The position numbers and the translations under genes were made by a program. The notes under the pieces were generated by a model that saw nothing but the letters and a program-made list of their open reading frames with translations, had not been told where the DNA came from and did no database searches. 49,152 nt of DNA, taken from Cyanophora paradoxa CCMP329 (taxonomy: Eukaryota > Plantae > Glaucophyta). This document shows positions 21,535 to 32,625 of the stretch, piece by piece. Each line of letters starts with the position of its first letter. Position 1 is the stretch's first letter. The stretch is taken from NCBI GenBank assembly GCA_004431415.1, contig QPMI01000229.1:1-49152 (forward strand), given 5' to 3'.

Positions 21535-23843
21535 GCTGAACGCGTACGTCCACAGTGGCTCACTCAGACGACGGCGAACTCCCATTTCGAGTTCGTGTTG
21601 GGCAACTGCGCAGACGCACGCGGTAAGCTTTAAGATGGAATGCGGATCAGAAAGCCCTGCTCAAAGTCACGCTTTATCGGTTCAATGCTTCCCGAGGTCT
21701 TTAAAGATTCGCCGCGCGCGTTTACGGTGCTACGGTGAGGCCACGGTAATTATTGGGGAAGGACCCCCTTCCCCTTCCCCCACTTGGGGGTGTTCGGGTG
21801 CCCACCCTAGGCCAAAATGAAATGTCCCGACCTCCCAAAACTCAGGGTTTCTCGCCGGATGCTTGCAAGGCATGTCCCTAGGAGTCCGGAAACGTGTTCC
21901 GGGACATTCGGGCCCCGTCCGGTGGGCCAGGAATGGGCAATAACATGTTTTCGAAAAATGCGGTCTAGCGCCTCACCAGGTGGCGGTATATCTGCCGAAC
22001 CAAGTGCGCCTAAATGCGCGTAATGAGCCCGACGATTCATGTCATACATGCCGAGACCGAAGGAGCACAGGGTGGCCCGCTAGGCCGCCTCAAGTACCTT
22101 TGTACTTGCTAGTCCGAGACTCGATCTATCGAAACTCCTGAGAGTTTCGGCCGATTGCTGGGTACACCGCTTGAACGCTGAGGTCCGCTAGGTGCCACGG
22201 TGGACAAGGAACAGCAGCTTCGTTTGTGCAACAGAGCAGCCGCAAATGCTCCGGCACCGTGCTCGACACCCAAAACGTGCTCGGCACCCATTGCTCCGGC
22301 CGCAAATGCGCGTTGTGCGCCCATATGGCATATGCCTGGTTCTAGATCTGAGTCCGCCGGCGTCCATCCGTTGCGCCGCGCTAGCGCGCTCGCGCCCCCG
22401 CCTACAGTTCTGACCGGCCGAAGGCTGCGCGTGCGCGCTGTCGAGCAGATCATGGCCTGTCGTCTGGTTCTCAGCTCCTGTCTCAGCGCTTCGTCGAAGC
22501 ACCTTAGCTAAACAATTGCGATCGCTCTCCCGGCGCGGGCCGGGCCGCCACAACGACTCCTCGAGCTCACGTGCTCGTCCGCTCGAGCTCGCGCGCTCGC
22601 CGCGGCGCTGCTTTCGGAACTCTAGCGCATCAGTACGCCATGCTCCACCGCAGTGTGCACATCGAACACCGATTATCTGCCTCCAGCTGCAGCGGCACGC
22701 GTCGACCGCCCCGCCACCCTCTCATTTCCCGCGAGGCGCAGCAGCGAGCGTCGCAGCTGACCATCAACATCGCATCTGTTCCATCGGTGCGCATGCTGCA
22801 CAGCTGTGCTCGCTTCCTTTGCCAACGGGGAAGGGTCGCATCGCTCATGTTTGCCACCCTCACTCAGTCTTACAACCGCATGCAATCGACCGGGTCGACG
22901 TCGAGCCTCTAGCAAGCATATGCATCACATCATCTCCAAGACTGCGGCCTCCGCCTCCGGCGCCGCCCCCGCCCGCGCCCCCGTCGCCGGCCCCGGCGGC
23001 GCGGCTCCTCCCGCTCCTGGAGCGCGACCTATCCGCCATCGCACGCTTCCCCGCGCTCCAGGCGATGGCGGCGGTGGTCTAGCGGCGGCACTCGGGCCGA
23101 GACAGCTAGCTTCGATTCATTGGCCTCCGGGACTCACCCCCCCTCTCTTCTTTCCTTTCTCTTCACCCAGCCCACAAGAGCCCGGCCCCCTTCCCCCGCC
23201 TCCCTCCTCCTCCTCCTCCTCCTTCCCCCCCCCCCCAAATTTCCCACTGGGCCACCTCTCCCCCCGTTCACGCCGTGACGCAGCGCCAAGGTCTATGTTC
23301 CACATGCTCCTGTAAGGCTAGGATCAGACAACTATAGCTAGTTAGCACGTCGCCCCCCTAGGCCTTCCAATTGGATGGAAGTCTCAGAGCAAGCCTCGCT
23401 TCCAATTGGGTGCCTGTTCAAAGTCTACTTTCTAATTGCAACCTGCTCAGAACCTGCTCAGAACTTAGAGGTCCTTCCCCTCCAACAGGGCCGCTGCGAC
23501 AGCAGTGTTCCTGTTCCGTTCTATAACTTCGGTAAGCTTATGCCATGTCGCAATCCGATGATCATGATCTAGGCCTAGGGTTGGTTCTACGCGTACGATA
23601 GTTCGCACCGCCGGGCCGCCCGATCCGATGATCGATACTATCATAGTATGATACCGCGAGCACCGCACAACTTGCTCACTAGTTAACGTTGCCAATTTGT
23701 GATGAACCGATCGCGACTCGGCGATGCGAGCGGCTTGCCCGATGCCAGCTGCACTAGTACTGATCATGATGCTGCAGTGCACCGTCACGTCACGACTCAC
23801 GACTCACGTGTACTGATGTACTGTGCACGTTAACTTAGTAAAT

Positions 23844-25830
23844 TGCCGACCGTCGGACGGCGCGGTCGCCGAGTCGGAAACTCGGGCCGCGGGCACTGGC
23901 CGGCGTGGGTTCCGAAGTTCTCGTTGACCGTCGGACTCTCGCCGGCGCCCGGCGCCGGCCCGGCTGGCCGCCAGCCTCACTGGCGGCACCGCCGTGAGTC
24001 CGTGACCGGTCAGCTGGCCCGCGGCCGGCGCCGGCCTGGCCGCCAGCCTCTCAGAAATTCGAGTCAGAATCTTCCGAAGTTCCTAAGGCTTTGCGGAGTC
24101 TTCAAGGCTTTGCGGACCAAATTGCGGTCACCGGGTCCGACCGTCTCCGACGCCGGACCGACGGTCGACGTCGAAGCCTTAAAAGCTTTGAAGCCGCGTG
24201 ACCGTACGGTACGGTAGGCTCCCAGAGTCCGTAGCCTCAGCTGCGCATGCAGCCTGCAGCCTGCAGGTCAGGTCAATAATACCGACAACTTACCGTACCG
24301 TAGTACCACGGTAATATTAATAACGTCTTGCCAAGTTGACATTTCGAAGCTAAAGTACTAGTACTTAGGGCACTTCAGTCTTCAGTAGGCTAGCGCGGGC
24401 AATTCACTCACTAACGCGCGCAGTACCAAATTAACGCGCCAAAATCCGGTCTCACCGGCGACTCTCGGCGGCGAGTCACCGCGTTAATTTGCAATGTACC
24501 GCGCGCGTTAATATTCTCTGCCGCGAAGTTGCCCCATACAGTACCCCCCCCACAATTACCGCCGCCCCATACAAGCCTCAAACGTTTTACACCGATAGCG
24601 TTAATTTGGTACCGCGGTATTTGCTCAACGGAGGGCGAGATTTGATAACGCGTTATATTAATTTACGCCACAGTAATTTAGTGCCCGACGGTCGATAGAG
24701 GGTATTAGAGAGTCAATATATACTACTAGTACTGTAGGAATGCTTAAATTGCCGCGTAGTTAAATTGCCGAATTCGACCAAAACCGGAATTGCCGTGGCG
24801 ATAAAATGCCGAATCCAGAGTCTGCTCTATGGCGGTCTAGGAAAATCCCTACCCCCAAGCAATTGCCGTAAAACACTTAAGTAATGCCGCCTCGTACAAT
24901 CCTGAACATTTCATGACGACATAATTTAAGAATGTCATGTTTCCATAGCCCGAATCTCGGAATCTCGATGTTCTGAGTTACGTACTACGGTAATTAATAT
25001 TCCAGTGTTCCACGCGGTAGCTACTAGGCTATAGGCTATAGCTGTAGCCTATAGGCAGCAGATAATAGGCTATAGCCGCCGCCGGCCCGCCGGGCCGGTT
25101 CTCGATCGATTTTCTCCATTTTCTCCAAGCCTTTATTATTATTGATTATTATAGCGAGTTCATTATAATTTATAATTAAGCCTGAATCTGCCCATGCAGT
25201 TCCAAAGTTGGTTTTTTCCTCGATTTTTTCATTTTTCGGTGGAAAAAACGAACTTCGGAACTACTAGGCTACCGTGGCCAGTGGCCCACTGGCCACTACC
25301 GTACCCCCCGGTAGTGACTCATGCTGCTGAGTCATGCACATGATCTCAGGATTGAGGAATCACGATTTCTGATCATGCTATGAGGATCATCGGATCATGA
25401 ATCCGATCCGGCCCGCGAACGTTAACTTGCCAAGTTGGAAATTGGAATTTGAAGTTGGAACTTGCATTAATATTGGGGCGGCCGGGGCCGCCGCCGGCCC
25501 GCCGGGCGCCGGCAAATCATTGAATGCAAATGCCGCGGCGCGCCGGCGCCGGGCCGGGCCGTCGGCAAATTGCGGCGGCAATGCATATGGGCCGATGATG
25601 TGGCCCAGTGGTCCCATTATATATATATGCCATTATGGCCCAATTTATGGGGCCGGATTCGGAAGTTCCGCAAGTTGCCAAGTTAGAACGAAATAACTCT
25701 TCCCGGAACGAAAAAAAAGTACCATGTACCAGTTCCGCCCGTAAAACACAATATAAAGGTTGTCACTTTACTATGTTACTATGTTGCTGAGCATGCGCAG
25801 GAGTGGCCTTGGGTCTTGGGGCTTCAAGGC
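23844..25830. mobile_element. Probable nested, degenerate non-autonomous DNA-transposon (MITE-like) remnants
   Basis: TA-CCGT/ACGG-TA and TA-CAGTACCCC..GTACTG-TA type ends, inverted motifs GACCGTCGG/CCGACGGTC, a long imperfect hairpin at ~24412-24510, and no credible ORF. Confidence 0.4.
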
Positions 25831-25977
25831 GTGATCGATATCATGAGCCTCGGAGAGTGGCCGCTCTTTGTTTTAACGGGGGTCGGCAATCGCGCGCGGT
25901 TACCCGGGAGAGGGGGGAAGCTTAAGAGAAACAGGGGGGCCCACTCGCGATCGGCAAGGGTACACAGTGCTACACAC

Positions 25978-27243
25978 TCAAGTGAGAGGGTACAGAATTG
26001 TGACGTCGATGCAAGGGTACAGATATCGATGCGGGGCCCAATCGGCCCCGGCCCCGGCCGAGGGGCCCGTTGGTCGTTTCAGTTCACGGTTGAATGAAAA
26101 CGACTTTTCGTATCCCCCCGGCCAACGCCCTGCGCGATTCAGTTCGCGCCTGCGGGGGGGGGGTACGGGATCAGGGACCAGGGGGTGGGGGAGGAGGCGC
26201 CGACGCCGGCGCGCCTCGGTCGCTGCGAGTTGCCGCATGCAATTCTCGAGCTGCTCGGCACTCATTCCCGCCACCGCCGATTCCTCTCCCGCCAGCGCCG
26301 AGAGCCGCGCGATCTGCGGGGGGTACGCGTCGGCTTCGGAAAGGTGGGGGATGGAGCCGAGGGGGGTACCTGTTCGCGGAGGTGCTGGGCCTCGGCGCTG
26401 GCGACGTTCGCGGCACGCTCCTGGCGCTGGATCTAATCGATCGTTAGATAGGGGTACAAGAAAGAGGGAAAAGGACGCACGGGGGGTACGGCGCACGGCG
26501 CGCTCCATGTCGCGGAGGCGGGAGTCGCGGATGCGGACGGCGAGGCGGAGCTCGCCGCAGATGGCGCGGAGGGCGGCCGGGTCCTCCGTCGCCTCCTCCA
26601 GGCGCGGGCCCCGCAGGACGTCGCGGCCGCCCAGGGGCGGCGGGGGCGGCAAGGCCCGCTGCTGGGGCGCCGGCGGGCGCGGCGGCGGGCGCGCGACGTG
26701 CAGGAAGGGGTGGCCCATCGAGAAGGGAGGCGGCGGAGGCGGCGGAGGCGGCGCGAAGGCCGCTGGCGGGGGCGGGGGAGGAGTGGGCGGGGGCGGGGCG
26801 AGGCCGGCGGCGCGGGCGCTCGCGGGGAGGGCGGAGATCGCGGGCGGTACCCCGAGCCAGGAGGAGGGGGCGGCGGGGGAGGGACATGGGGAGCGGAAAC
26901 TGGCGCGCGGGGCCGGGCGGCGGCGGCTGCGCATGTGGCGGCGTCCGCTGCTCCTGCGCAAAACGGGTCAGAGCCGGGCGCGTGCGCGGGCAGCCGCGCA
27001 GGGAATGATCTCACCGGCGGGGATGCGAGGGCCTCGGGCGCGGCGGGGCGCGGGGCCGAGGGCCCGGCGCCGGGATCCGAGTCGTCCGGCCGCGGGGAAC
27101 GGACGCGCGGCGGGCGGCCGGCGGCGGTGCGGGTCTCTTGCGCTGGCAAACCAAGAGGGAGCTCGTGTCGCTCGCGGCGTCAGCGGGACGAAGGAGCCGT
27201 CGGCGCCCGACCTCCCCGCGTTCGGATCGACGGGGTCGGCCAT
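25978..27243 (-). CDS. Hypothetical multi-exon protein, Pro-rich with a coiled-coil segment
   Basis: ATG at 27243 (MADPVDPNAGRS). Hand-spliced exons EEATEDPAALRAICGELRLAVRIRDSRLRDMERA / IQRQERAANVASAEAQHLREQ / IARLSALAGEESAVAGMSAEQLENCMRQLAATEAR are flanked by splice signals. The 3' end is uncertain. Confidence 0.55.
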
Positions 27244-27560
27244 GCGAGAAGACTGGGCGCAGGATGTGACGCAAGAAGGGCAATGGAGCGCTACGTCAAG
27301 CCGCCGGCAGCATTCAAGCTCGCCGGCAAGGCTTCGGCCGGCCTCGGTGCTGGTGAGCTGCTCGAGGGCGCACGCCGGCGGCCTAGCGAAAACACATTTG
27401 GAATGCCGCGGTTGCTGTCCGACATCCGAGCTTTGGGTGAGGCCATCTGAAGCCGTCGTTGAACCTGAGAATCAACCGCAGCGCCGACTTGCGGCTGTAC
27501 CCAGAGCTGCGGCCTGCTCATCTCGCCGGCGCAGCGAGCAGCGCAGCCGCAGCAGCGACC

Positions 27561-30072
27561 ATGTCGCTGGATCGGCTGATTCCTATCCTCAACCGCCTGC
27601 AGGACGCGTTTGCGGATGTCGGGCTCGGGGTGCGTCGAGCTACGCCGCGCGCAAGCTGCAGCGCAACGTACACGCGCTCGTTGGGCCTCTAGTGCCCCTT
27701 TCGTGCCTTCTGCATCGCATTCGCGGGCCCTCCGCGCCTGCGTGGCCCGCGTGTGCAGCGCGACTCTAGAACCACATGTTCGCCCTTGCGGCGTCCGCGC
27801 GCGGCCCGCCGCGGTTGTTGCCGTGCTTTGCTGCATACAGCGCGTAACATTCACCGCACATGGTTCCCGCGCGCCGTCGATGGGCCCTTCTCGACGCTCG
27901 CCGGCTGAGCTGCAGCTGACCTTCCCCCCGCCTCCGCCGCTCCGCGCAGGTCGTCGACCTGCCGCAAGTCGTCGTCGTGGGCGCGCAGAGCAGCGGGAAG
28001 AGCTCCGTGCTGGAGACTCTGGTCGGCCGCGACTTCCTTCCTCGGTGCTCACCGCCTAGAATTCAAATTCGCCTTCAAGTTGGCACTCACGGCCCCGCGC
28101 GCGCAGCGGAACGGGCATCGTGACGAGGCGGCCGCTGGTGCTTCAGCTGCGGCGGGCGCCGGCCTCGCAGCCCGAGTGCGGCGAGTTCCTGCACATGCCG
28201 GGCCGCCCCTTCCACAACTTCCACGCGATCCGCGACGAGTGCGGGCGCATTCTCTCCCCCGAATCCGTCCGCTCTTCGCTCACTTTTCGTCCGTTGCTCA
28301 CTTCGTTCGCAGAATCGTACGCGAGACAAACCGCGTGGCCGGCGGGCAGAGCATCTCGGCCCTCCCCGTGCGTCCGGCCCGCGCCCGCGCTCGCGCCCGC
28401 GGCGCCCTTCCGCTTCCTCCTCCTAAGACTCTGCAGATCAATTTGAAGGTGACGTCGCCCAACGTGGTGGACCTCACCCTCGTCGACCTGCCCGGCCTGA
28501 CCAAGGCAGGCCCCCGCGCGCGCCTCCTGAACCTTCTTGAGGCGCTCTCCGGGGCGGCTAGCTAGAGGGGACGCCGCCCGCCCCCGCGGGCGCGCCTAGT
28601 GCTCTCCTATCCACTGCCTTTCGCACCTTAAAGCTTCGATCTCGTCCTCTTGCCTGACACTCCGGCCGCGGCCGATTGACGGCAGGTCCCCGTCGGGGAG
28701 CAGCCGCCGGACATCGACGTGCAGATTCGATCCATGGTCCTGCAGGTCTGCGCCCGCAAGACCCCCCCCCCCCCCTTCCCCCCCCCCCCCCCCCTTTTCT
28801 TCACCCTTCCTGCCGCTTCCCCTCTCGCCGGACCCCTCTCACCTCGCCACCCCGCCCGTCCCGCCCCGCCCCGCCCGCCCCGCCCCGCCCGCGCCGCTGA
28901 TCGCGGGGGCCGCTTTGCCCGCGCCCGCCCCGCAGTTCATCTCCAAGCGCAACGCCATCATTCTCGTGCGCACTTTGTATTCGAAACGAAGCTAGGAGAG
29001 CCAGCTCATCGACCTCCTTCTCCTCGCCCTCTCTTCCTGCTCCATTCGAAACAGATCTAGAGCTAGAAACTCTCTCTCAGTGACATCGCAGTGAAATCTC
29101 GCTAATCGGCCTCCTCCTCGGGGCAGGCGGTGACGGCGGCGAACACGGACATCGCGAACAGCGACGCGATCCAGCTCGCCAAGCAGGTCGACCCCGCCGG
29201 TCCGCCCCCCCGCCCCGGCCCGCCCCGGCCCCGGCCCGGCCCCGGCTCCCGGCCGGTGGAACCGCTCGCCCGCCGGCCCCGGCCCCGGCCCCGCCCGCTG
29301 CATTCGCTCAGAGCTGACTCGGCCCCGCCCTGCCCCTCCCGCCCCCCGCCCCCTTGCCCCGCAGGGGACCGTACGATCGGGGTGCTGACGAAGCTGGACC
29401 TGATGGACCAGGGCACCGACGCCACCGACGTCCTCCTCGGTACCCCCCGCAGCCTTTCCCCACAGAGCCTTGAAGCGCTTCTAGCGCTTAGGCGAGCTGC
29501 TGACCTGGCGGGGCCGGGGCGCAGGGCGGGTGGTCCCCCTCAAGCGCGGCTTCATCGCCGGCGCCGTCGTCTGCCGCTCCCAGTCCGCCGTGCGCGCCCC
29601 TACCCCCCCTCGCCTCCCCTGTGTACCCCCTCCTCTGATCCTCCCCTCCTCCCCACCCGAGCCCTTCCCCCCACCCCGTAACCCCTCCCCGCGTCCCTCT
29701 CCTCCCCCCCCCTCGTCCCGCGTCCCGCACCCCATATCCCCTAGGCCTCCTACCCCAAGCCTCCCCCTTTTCCCCCCCGCCTCCCCTCTCCCCCCCCAAC
29801 GCTCAAGCGGCGCGCGCAGATCAACGCGAACGAGAGCCTCGAGGTCTCCCGCCAGAAGGAGGTCAGCCCCCCCCCCCCCCCTCGCTCCTACCCCCCTCCC
29901 CCCCCCCCCCACCCCTCTCCCCCTGCAGGCGGCGTTCTTCCGGGGCCACGCGGCGTACGCGAACCTGGCCGGCGTCTGCCTCGGCACCGACCAGCTCGCC
30001 ACCGCCCTCAACAAGGCCCGCTCCCCCGCCCCTTATATATATAAACTCCTTATACAAGAACTCCTTATATAA
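27561..30072 (+). CDS. Dynamin-related GTPase (DRP/Vps1-like), G domain only; possibly truncated or pseudogenised
   Basis: About 12 short exons: [17 protein letters not shown]; [29 protein letters not shown] (G1); [14 protein letters not shown] (G2); [12 protein letters not shown] (G3); [23 protein letters not shown]; [18 protein letters not shown] (G4); CRSQSAINAN; [12 protein letters not shown]. No middle domain or GED was found downstream. Confidence 0.9.
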
Positions 30073-30877
30073 GAACGGCCCTACCCCTCCCTATTCCCCC
30101 CCTCTGAGCCCCTCCTCCGCTACCCTACCCCCCACATCCCGTAACCCTGTCCTGCCCCCCCCCCTCTCCCCGGATACCGCGTCCCGCGTCTCGTATCCCC
30201 CCCCCCCCCCCCCCCTTTGCGGCAACCTCCCCCCCCCCCCCCCCCCCACACACACCTCCGGCGCTGCCCCCGGGCCCAAGCCTCTCCCCCCCTTCCACCC
30301 TCCTCCCCCCCCCCCCCTCTTCTCCTCCCCTTCCCCTGAAGCTTAAGTGTCGGGCCCGGGCGCAGATCAACGCGAACGATCGCGAGAGCCTCGAGGTCTC
30401 CCGTGGCCGCCAGAAGGCGGCCGCCCCCCTCCTCCCTCTCCTCCCCCTGCCTAAGGCCTTGAAAAGCATTTTGTGGTCCCCCACCAATGCCGCACTGCCT
30501 CGCTGCGCGAAAGTTGGCCGCGAAGGTCGCTGCGCCCGGCCTCCTATCCATGGCCAGCCCCCGACAGCTCGAGGCATTCCATATCCCGCCCAGGCCCCTC
30601 CGTACCACCAACTGCCCTTCCCGAGACTCGAACGCTGGAGCAATAAGACGCCGGCCGGGTGCACTGCTAGCTCGGCACACTCTTATTCCCGCATCCGCGA
30701 GAGAAGTGAGCATGTTGAACGCTTGGTCCGCCGCCGAACAGCCACCCTTCAAACGGGGGGGACGAGGGGACAGCTAACCAAAGTCGGCGTGCTCCTCGCC
30801 TAATTCTCCAGGCCCACTTCAGACGCTAGCGCGTAAAACCACGCCCAGCTTAGAGCCTAGTCAGAGATATCGGTAAT

Positions 30878-30938
30878 GATTATATAATGACCCATATTCC
30901 CCTCCACGATTATATAATGACCCATATTCCCCTCCACA
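30878..30938. repeat. 30-bp tandem duplication
   Basis: GATTATATAATGACCCATATTCCCCTCCAC occurs twice in succession. Confidence 0.9.
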
Positions 30939-31160
30939 CCACCGGGCCGACCCCCGCCCCCGCCGCGGCCCCATGCGCATGCTGACGCTGAAGCCGAAGC
31001 CAGAACGAAACTTGTATTCACCAACGATGCCATGATGTGCCATGCATATGATCAATTTCAGAGCTGACTCAGTGAGGCTAGGAGAATGATGCCGCAGTGC
31101 GAGAGAGTCTAGGAGGAAGTCTTTTTTGGAGGAGATGAGATGAGGAAGTCTGTAATGAGG

Positions 31161-32583
31161 CTAGGAGAAAGTCTTTTTCTTGGGCTTTTGCGCCCCGAGG
31201 AGCGGTCCGGATGCGGTGGGGACCGCCAGAGTGGCCATGGCGGGGCGGACGCCGGCGGCCATGGAGAGTCCTGCGGCGGCTCGCGCCGAGCTTGCGCTCG
31301 TGCTCGCGAGGACCGCGGCAGAGGCCGCCGGGCGCATCCCAAAGTTCACGCGCTGCGCAGGGCGCCGCGGCGTGAGCTAACGCTCGACTCCAGCAAAGAG
31401 CGGCTCAGTATTAAGAACAAGCGAGGAGCTGCGGAGCGCACGTTGTAGAGGGCCTGGAGGGCCTTGTAGAGGTGGTACGTGTGCGCGCAGGTCAGCTCCT
31501 TGTGCACGCATGCCTGCCGCCGCGCCAGCCTTGTCAGAGATAGAAAGCATAATTATAATTAGAGTCCCGCCGGCTCGCTAATAAAAAGCATTAGAGTCCC
31601 GCCGCCGATTAGAGTTTAAGCAGATTCCCGCCGGCTCGCTCGCCTCGATGGCGTCGTCGGGCGGGGCGGAGGCGCCGGCGCGGCGCCAGAGGTCCTCCCG
31701 CTTGAGGTGCTCCGCCAGCGGCTGCCGCGCCGCCGCCGCGTCCGCGCCCGTCCCCGCAAGGTACCTAAAGACGGCCAGGGTCAGTCGGCCGATCCCGAAG
31801 CCGCCGTCGATCCCGACGCCGGCGGGTCATGATCATCGTTTCCGATCGGTAGTATTTAGCGGAATACTCTGCGCACCTGAAGATGAAGCGTCGCAGGGCG
31901 ACGCGCAGGTCCTCCAGGCGCAGCCGAGGCGGCCCCGTCGCCGTCGTCGATTCCGACGCCGCCGCCGATCCCGACGTCGATGCCGGCGGAGCGCTCCCCG
32001 CGCGGGCCTCGCGCTCGGGCGCCAGGTCGAGGCCGGCGGCGAGGGCCGCCTCGGCCCCCTCGGGCAGCGCCCGCTTGAACTGCTCCGCCACGCACTCCAC
32101 CACCACCTGCGCGGGACAGATTCAGAGTCGGTGCGACGGAAATCAAGCGTGCGGTAGAATCTCAAGCCAAACGCAGCCAGAGTCGGTGCGAAGGCGACAT
32201 TTTAAGCTGCAGATCTAGATAGCTGCAGATGTGAGCTGAGCGCAGGAAATTCATGTTTCTAACTTCACAGGATTTCGCGCGCTGAGTTCTGCATTCTGAG
32301 CAGAGCGGCGGCGGGCGGGCGCGCGCCTCGCAGCAAATGCCCTCGAGCTCCTCGTAGACGGCGCAGACGTGCTTGAGGGCGAGGCCGCGGAGCACGGGCA
32401 GCGAGAGGAGCCAGGCTTCAAGCGAGCCGGCCTCGAACTGCCGCGCGAAGTCGCCCAGCGGCTGCTCCTCCGGCCACCGCCCCGAGGCCCGGTTCAGCTG
32501 CGCGCGTGCAGAATCAGCTAGAGCGCGCCCGCAGAATCAGCTGGTAGCTAGTTAGGTGGGTAATAGATAATTAGGAAGCGTTG

Positions 32584-32625
<42 letters not shown>

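Noticed and set aside
23300-25700. CRISPR array or structured RNA gene
   Set aside because: No constant repeat with regular spacers and no tRNA/rRNA signatures; the context is eukaryotic.
25967-27769. 600-aa plus-strand ORF
   Set aside because: Low-complexity antisense of the minus-strand gene; it runs through the promoter and the first dynamin intron.
30826-30862. Helitron 3' end (hairpin followed by CTAG-T)
   Set aside because: The stem is only about 4 bp and no matching 5' end or Rep/helicase is present.
32585-32625. Telomere-like repeat
   Set aside because: The unit is the 4-mer TTAG, not TTAGGG or TTTAGGG; it is short and intronic.
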